Source: Candidatus Enterocola sp.
GTDB lineage: Bacteria > Bacteroidota > Bacteroidia > Bacteroidales > Paludibacteraceae
DNA length: 63,007 nt
NCBI GenBank assembly: GCA_045635045.1
Contig: JAZRBL010000115.1
Span: 1 to 63,007, forward strand
Reading direction: 5' to 3'
The position numbers were made by a program, and so were the translations under genes. Under the pieces are notes generated by a model. It saw only the letters and a list, made by a program, of their open reading frames with translations. It was not told the DNA's origin and did no database searches. Shown one piece after another: positions 61,801-63,007 of this stretch; position 1 is the stretch's first letter; each line of letters begins with the position of its first letter.

Positions 61801-63007
61801 GTATCGCAGTTAACATTAGAACCTGTTATTGCAGGTAAATATACGTTCTCAGTAACCGACGGTAACGGATGTTTCTTGGAAAAAACCGTCGATGTAGCGC
61901 AACCTGCCCACCCACTTACTGTAACCATTGAAGGCGACAAAGTGTTGTGTACAGGTACGGCTAATGGTACGCTATATGCCAATGTTCCTCATCAAGAAGC
62001 CGATAGAAATTACAGTTATGTATGGTATAAAGACGATGTAGAACATGCACGTGGAACGGCTCAACTATCCAACCAAGGTGGTGGCAACTATCGCGTGGTA
62101 GTAACCGATAGCAAAAACTGTCCAGCTTCAGCCTCTACGACGGTTAATAGCTCGCCTCCGATGAACATCAACATTGATGTTACACACGTAGAGGTGCAAG
62201 GAGATGCCTCGGGTGCTATTAACGTAGAGGTATCGGGTGGTACTCCCGAAATTAAATATACATGGACAAGCGATAATATAGACATCAATCATAAACACGA
62301 TCAAGACCAAAGTGGTTTGGTGGCAGATGCTTACGAGTTGATGGTAACCGATTTGTATGGTTGTAAAATTGATACGCTTATTTATGTAAAACAGCCCGAG
62401 TCAATGCAAGTTAACTCTGCTATTAGGAACATTGAATGTTATGGTCAGCAAGGTTCGATAGAGTTGCGTGTACAAGGCGGTAAACAGCCCTACACGGCTG
62501 AATGGATAGGTCCTGATGGCAATCCATATCCATCTACCGAATTGAATATTTATGGATTGAATCCTGGCCGATACGAAGTTACTATTTACGACAGCGGACG
62601 CAACAATAAGGTAGGTCCATTGGTATACAACATTGCCGAAAAAACAGCCGTAGAGGTTGCTATGTTGCAGTCGAGTGTAACCAATATACCTTGTTATGGT
62701 CAAGAAGAGCGTGGTAGCGTTGCTATCCAGGTAATGGGCGGTACCGAACCATACAGTGTAAAATGGTTGGGTAATGGAATGACCGAGGACCACAACAATA
62801 AATTTGCCGTATCGGGTCTAGAAGTTGGTTTGTATAAAGTAGAAGTAACCGACCGCAACGGTTGTACACCCGCTCAAGACTTAGAGTTTGAGATTACCGA
62901 AAACGGACCTCTTGAATTGGAGGCTGAAATAGAAAATAATACCTGTCATGGAGTGAATGCAGGTTCTATTAAAGTAACTGCTACGGGCGAAGGAACACTT
63001 TCGTATC
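52849..63007 (+). CDS. Giant secreted cell-surface protein with SprB-type repeats (3'-partial, at least 3,386 aa in window)
   Basis: The ATG at 52849 gives MKKSIVRKIALSASLFWAALTAQA, a signal peptide. This frame stays open to the window end. I hand-translated 52849-55150 and checkpoints at 56401, 57661, 60001 and 62941. The frame is absent from the ORF track, which lists only stop-terminated ORFs. The C-terminal third carries SprB-repeat signatures. Confidence 0.85.
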   Translation, partial: MKKSIVRKIALSASLFWAALTAQAAYTVAVYETANPTNVRHFEFVSAGTNVTNQLIANIEAPAALDACSFWVGQDNAQVPGVSVEQTLSSLMNGVSCSGTSFSFTIYAGGADANYKPENFKCIDTAEYTYGMACWPEQLTLHCSGGAASAANHIFTKNGSVWTYHFEVNDPNSTFKLLKSPDGATWNWDEGQLGHSQSGTQLQAGSGITVENNGQGNIALQLAGVQAGDQVTLTLQKNGAVYTLSAEYMAKPILENTSQVCGVNPVVSCKVKNYNSAVYTYTYIVNGGTETPLASDVVEVLYPTRFTEYSLVVVAYKDGSRVTSDVLEVLVPARVSEPVLVANTAACGAEIGFTIANYSAYATGVTFQVPTGYVQNGSKISLAGAPVNGTTYTLSVTADDGCTTATSAPESQTYMADPAQPTLLANSVCNQLTFTVDQPEATYRYQWMIDNAPVTPTGNLYAVTGSTHGMLHTAKVSAFAPNGCSATGTQTGTFYATPDKPQITTNEGCGNDVVFKLTNYDATAKYKWTISTSTGVTQTVEPQNGTDEYKVASPIEGTVYTMQVTAWREMAGGATCSVMSDAVSQLCKLQPAPPVVATPIYQVCQQEGTQLWADLVRVSTGNTLVWYDMAGNRMLVSSDVFSFDMNIPTNGTPIQYQVAQLSAYGCESEKVTVGVNVVEKPLAMAGVDLEICSASTGVRLAEGEVENANMDYAWSPASYLENSHVASPTLTHLNVNTDDVIEFTLTVSNKNMPSCRSTDQVKVKVLALPQVTVQETTTGIIDVCEGSAIGVTIVPEAGITYNWIDPNGVLASKMSTSAITHPIVADQTISITATRRTENTECVSQPKTIEFKKVDLPVFSASGGKGDRLSVCDGKTIQLGEQGNNQTDYRWESLPAGRLDSRIPNPYITVTEDVTYIVTATLKQAPNCSTRSEVYVERAALPTQYTLSAEGTNLYCEGGTGVTLMLSSSDTYVEYALYRGGVEVQTWQAGTGGIFRWTNVTSGIYTVKARVISANPDEQCAQDMLGQVEVIEKPAPNVTVSSVGDVTCPGDETVVKLSFTGEPRFYANILIDGVLQIIQTDDREYVFPYTPRNYTDIKVIQVTDKNCDFVYAEENQPTLSFDIVNMEDFKIHSSDSHAKICPGNSVTLSINHVPSPGDDVEVKWSTNASEVSSIQVAPSETTTYKLEVHTNNGRCVFTDSITIAVAEINDLSINGLEDKFFCSTETAIPITGSPQGGGFSSDYPGFVDGGFLYPNVVTQQGSTEITLTYEVNNDGCEQTIEEKVIVDYVPNNVNWWVTPVAQEPDVNTSYRYCMPDPDQPVKKLTLQGFPIHPNGYFTILSADNTGQPDPGPYQVAVVPNDVERSLWDIINLSSGEYKIIYTVPVNTQMGCAASSDPKTITIDPDFSEIIDNENIYLRNSKGQVTNVLCESDTEATLYADIQAPGKYTLSMPGMLVSQDQTKSIATINPSVVQGHNGNHRAVLTMEDNHGCPHKYSLDFKITSPVNIHSFGLSKRDFCSYDEDEPIQITSERETDGTISVYRKKADGTEELVDAMVPKTAPPYFSPKSWGAGEYRIEYTYTDIDGVCEATESTTVFVHEPPTINLNLLEDYCKGEQIELKATPDGGYYETSAPDGTILFSHFDTDKVAVGLYTISYTVRNDKGCESKDSIEVEIHGTENMNIFGFNDSRKYCSPSGSITISGFPTENGEGSFTGPAFLTNSTTQEGYATLDLTQADFNTSYDVTYHYVETYTDQFGVDQTCESTTSERFTVINEAIDFHGIDENMTVCGYETVWPLRANKTENVRFEMIPASASDALRDNGDGTAELYPNLLPEDAIYAVTAYYSYIENGVEICSSTRTKSFTIANIAQVADVTLFCDGGENAVRLKNVESTVEYELTVNGVPFARLSGADQTPEGNLDFPAIALSQAHIQVAGYEAGCKVAMSKELTIARLKIDSLVVKDITCAGELDGKAQAYISGGSLPYNHSFTDANGNSFTDSFIQGRPAGAFTYSVKDDIGCERTATFSITTPTALDANIYFTNPKCDGGITGSVRVEPVSGSGSAPYTYKWYDMRDLSTVIAETAAIEELTSGQYRCIITDKNGCSISREASIKAPAPLNITLVEKQDVAITGEATGFIEVKTHGGNPDYTYTWVGNSYPAGYTTTEARLENLLAGMYHINVTDERGCTDLITVELTQPTLIVLDAKVTPVSCSGKNDGAIQMTVSGGEWPYQLIEWSWVDENGVPQTSTNQSLTGLKAGFYTFKVKDAKGNSAEMIYQVEEPLLLEVIEDASTVLAVPCYGAETAKMRVVVGGGTAPYAITWPNVPADNVSDDEKEAFNLGKGSYTVYIKDANGCETQLTREVTQPDAPMAWVKAEVVAENACAGDNNGKIEVEVTGGTPDYSYEWSGVGIVNANDQNQEQLVSGNYHLVVTDATGECTLEKDFVVQKRETLQVEALGTHVTCHGANNATLTAKVLGGVPEYQCKWTDADGNVYTGAMLSGKSASTYNLEVTDAAGCVGNSSITITEPTALQITTTVKDITCHDANNGEVSVTATGGTADYTYKWEKLGSTQEYPSVTLLTHLDAGDYRVTVTDANNCSIQLETPLIITNPEALTLTYEVQRVAIKGDATGAIKLNVQGGTGVYTYYWSSGPSITDANNDLSEITQLLAGNYTVMVKDEKGCEVSAVINVPQNEDIVITAQVTPISCHGQSTGRIEITGIEGGDGNYTYEWTSLHTAFTSTDKNLAGLAPDEYYLTVTDGAGATATANYELVDPQEIVISTIDIYSQLAVSCYGKKDASIRIDVEGGATPYQITWSNPNMVAQPTDPMLAEGLKEGDYQITVVDALGCEKTHQQHISGPTAPLAIVPTITNNKCYGETMGAIDIAVSGGTPGYTFAWSGGLGLVPDAEDQTTLHSGETYRVEVTDANGCKEQGVYTLDALTPVQFDVFKEDVSCYGEKTGKVWATEPMGGTGNFVYRWKNEDGSINVSQLTLEPVIAGKYTFSVTDGNGCFLEKTVDVAQPAHPLTVTIEGDKVLCTGTANGTLYANVPHQEADRNYSYVWYKDDVEHARGTAQLSNQGGGNYRVVVTDSKNCPASASTTVNSSPPMNINIDVTHVEVQGDASGAINVEVSGGTPEIKYTWTSDNIDINHKHDQDQSGLVADAYELMVTDLYGCKIDTLIYVKQPESMQVNSAIRNIECYGQQGSIELRVQGGKQPYTAEWIGPDGNPYPSTELNIYGLNPGRYEVTIYDSGRNNKVGPLVYNIAEKTAVEVAMLQSSVTNIPCYGQEERGSVAIQVMGGTEPYSVKWLGNGMTEDHNNKFAVSGLEVGLYKVEVTDRNGCTPAQDLEFEITENGPLELEAEIENNTCHGVNAGSIKVTATGEGTLSY
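58702..63007 (+). repeat. 18 tandem degenerate SprB-type repeats (~79 aa each) inside the giant ORF
   Basis: Recurrent pattern: C-x-G-x3-G-x-[IAV]..GG-x2-[PD]-Y-x-[YF]-x-W ... L-x2-G-x-Y-x-[VL]-x-V-x-D-x2-GC. Examples: ISGGSLPYNHSF, THGGNPDYTYTW, VTGGTPDYSYEW, ATGGTADYTYKW, VSGGTPGYTFAW, VMGGTEPYSVKW. Confidence 0.75.

Noticed and set aside
53011-62793. Many long minus-strand ORFs from the track (e.g. 53854-54354, 55006-55680, 58036-58455, 59725-60126, 62401-62793) and short + ORFs in other frames (54230, 59526, 60057, 61461).
   Set aside because: - All lie inside, and mostly antisense to, the uninterrupted 3,386-codon frame, which has a signal peptide and a recognisable repeat architecture.
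- Their translations are low-complexity (Cys/Arg/Gly/Thr-rich) with no motifs.
- They are a typical by-product of the codon bias of a long repetitive gene.
58702-63007. The periodic sequence might be mistaken for a CRISPR array or a DNA satellite.
   Set aside because: - The periodicity is ~237 nt and exists at the protein level, inside an open reading frame.
- There are no short identical direct repeats separated by unique spacers.
- No cas genes are present.

Overview
This 63-kb window looks like core chromosome of a Bacteroidota anaerobe, probably Bacteroidales-like. Three things support that: many gene starts are preceded by the TAnnTTTG -7 promoter box, the dcw cluster has the Bacteroidota gene order, and a rubrerythrin/PerR pair is present. 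No rRNA, CRISPR array, integrase or transposase is visible.

Gene content, left to right:
- A frameshifted ORF6N-domain gene cut by the left edge.
- Housekeeping genes: GT2 polyprenol-phosphate mannosyltransferase, pyrC, aroE, DedA, TPR protein, AI-2E permease and rsmI.
- More housekeeping: a Wzx-like flippase with an AsnB-like PP-loop enzyme, HAD, TatD and tRNA-Ser(GGA).
- An ExbB-X-ExbD-ExbD block, then an M23 peptidase, folB, fabG, a C-N hydrolase, acyltransferases, rsmD, a RecD-like helicase and pnp.
- A PerR / mini-rubredoxin / reverse-rubrerythrin cluster.
- A complete minus-strand dcw cluster: mraZ-rsmH-ftsL-ftsI-murE-mraY-murD-ftsW-murG::murC-ftsQ-ftsA-ftsZ.
- A GlsA/GlsB-like N-acyl amino-acid lipid gene pair.

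The most notable feature is missing from the supplied ORF track because it never reaches a stop codon. A single + strand reading frame opens at 52849 with a signal peptide and runs 3,386 codons to the window end. Its last ~1,430 codons are 18 SprB-type repeats, so it is a giant secreted adhesin, probably T9SS/gliding-type.

Other items worth a second look:
- an in-frame MurG-MurC fusion (870 aa)
- an unusually short FtsA that seems to lack the 1C subdomain
- an unlisted 39-aa rubredoxin-like ORF, paralogous to the N-terminus of the neighbouring reverse rubrerythrin
- a Fur-box-like palindrome in the perR leader
- a candidate structured RNA in a 212-nt convergent spacer
- MraZ-operator-like phased repeats
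- a 16-bp palindrome made of two divergent -7 boxes

All family assignments come from reading translated motifs by eye. No database search was possible.
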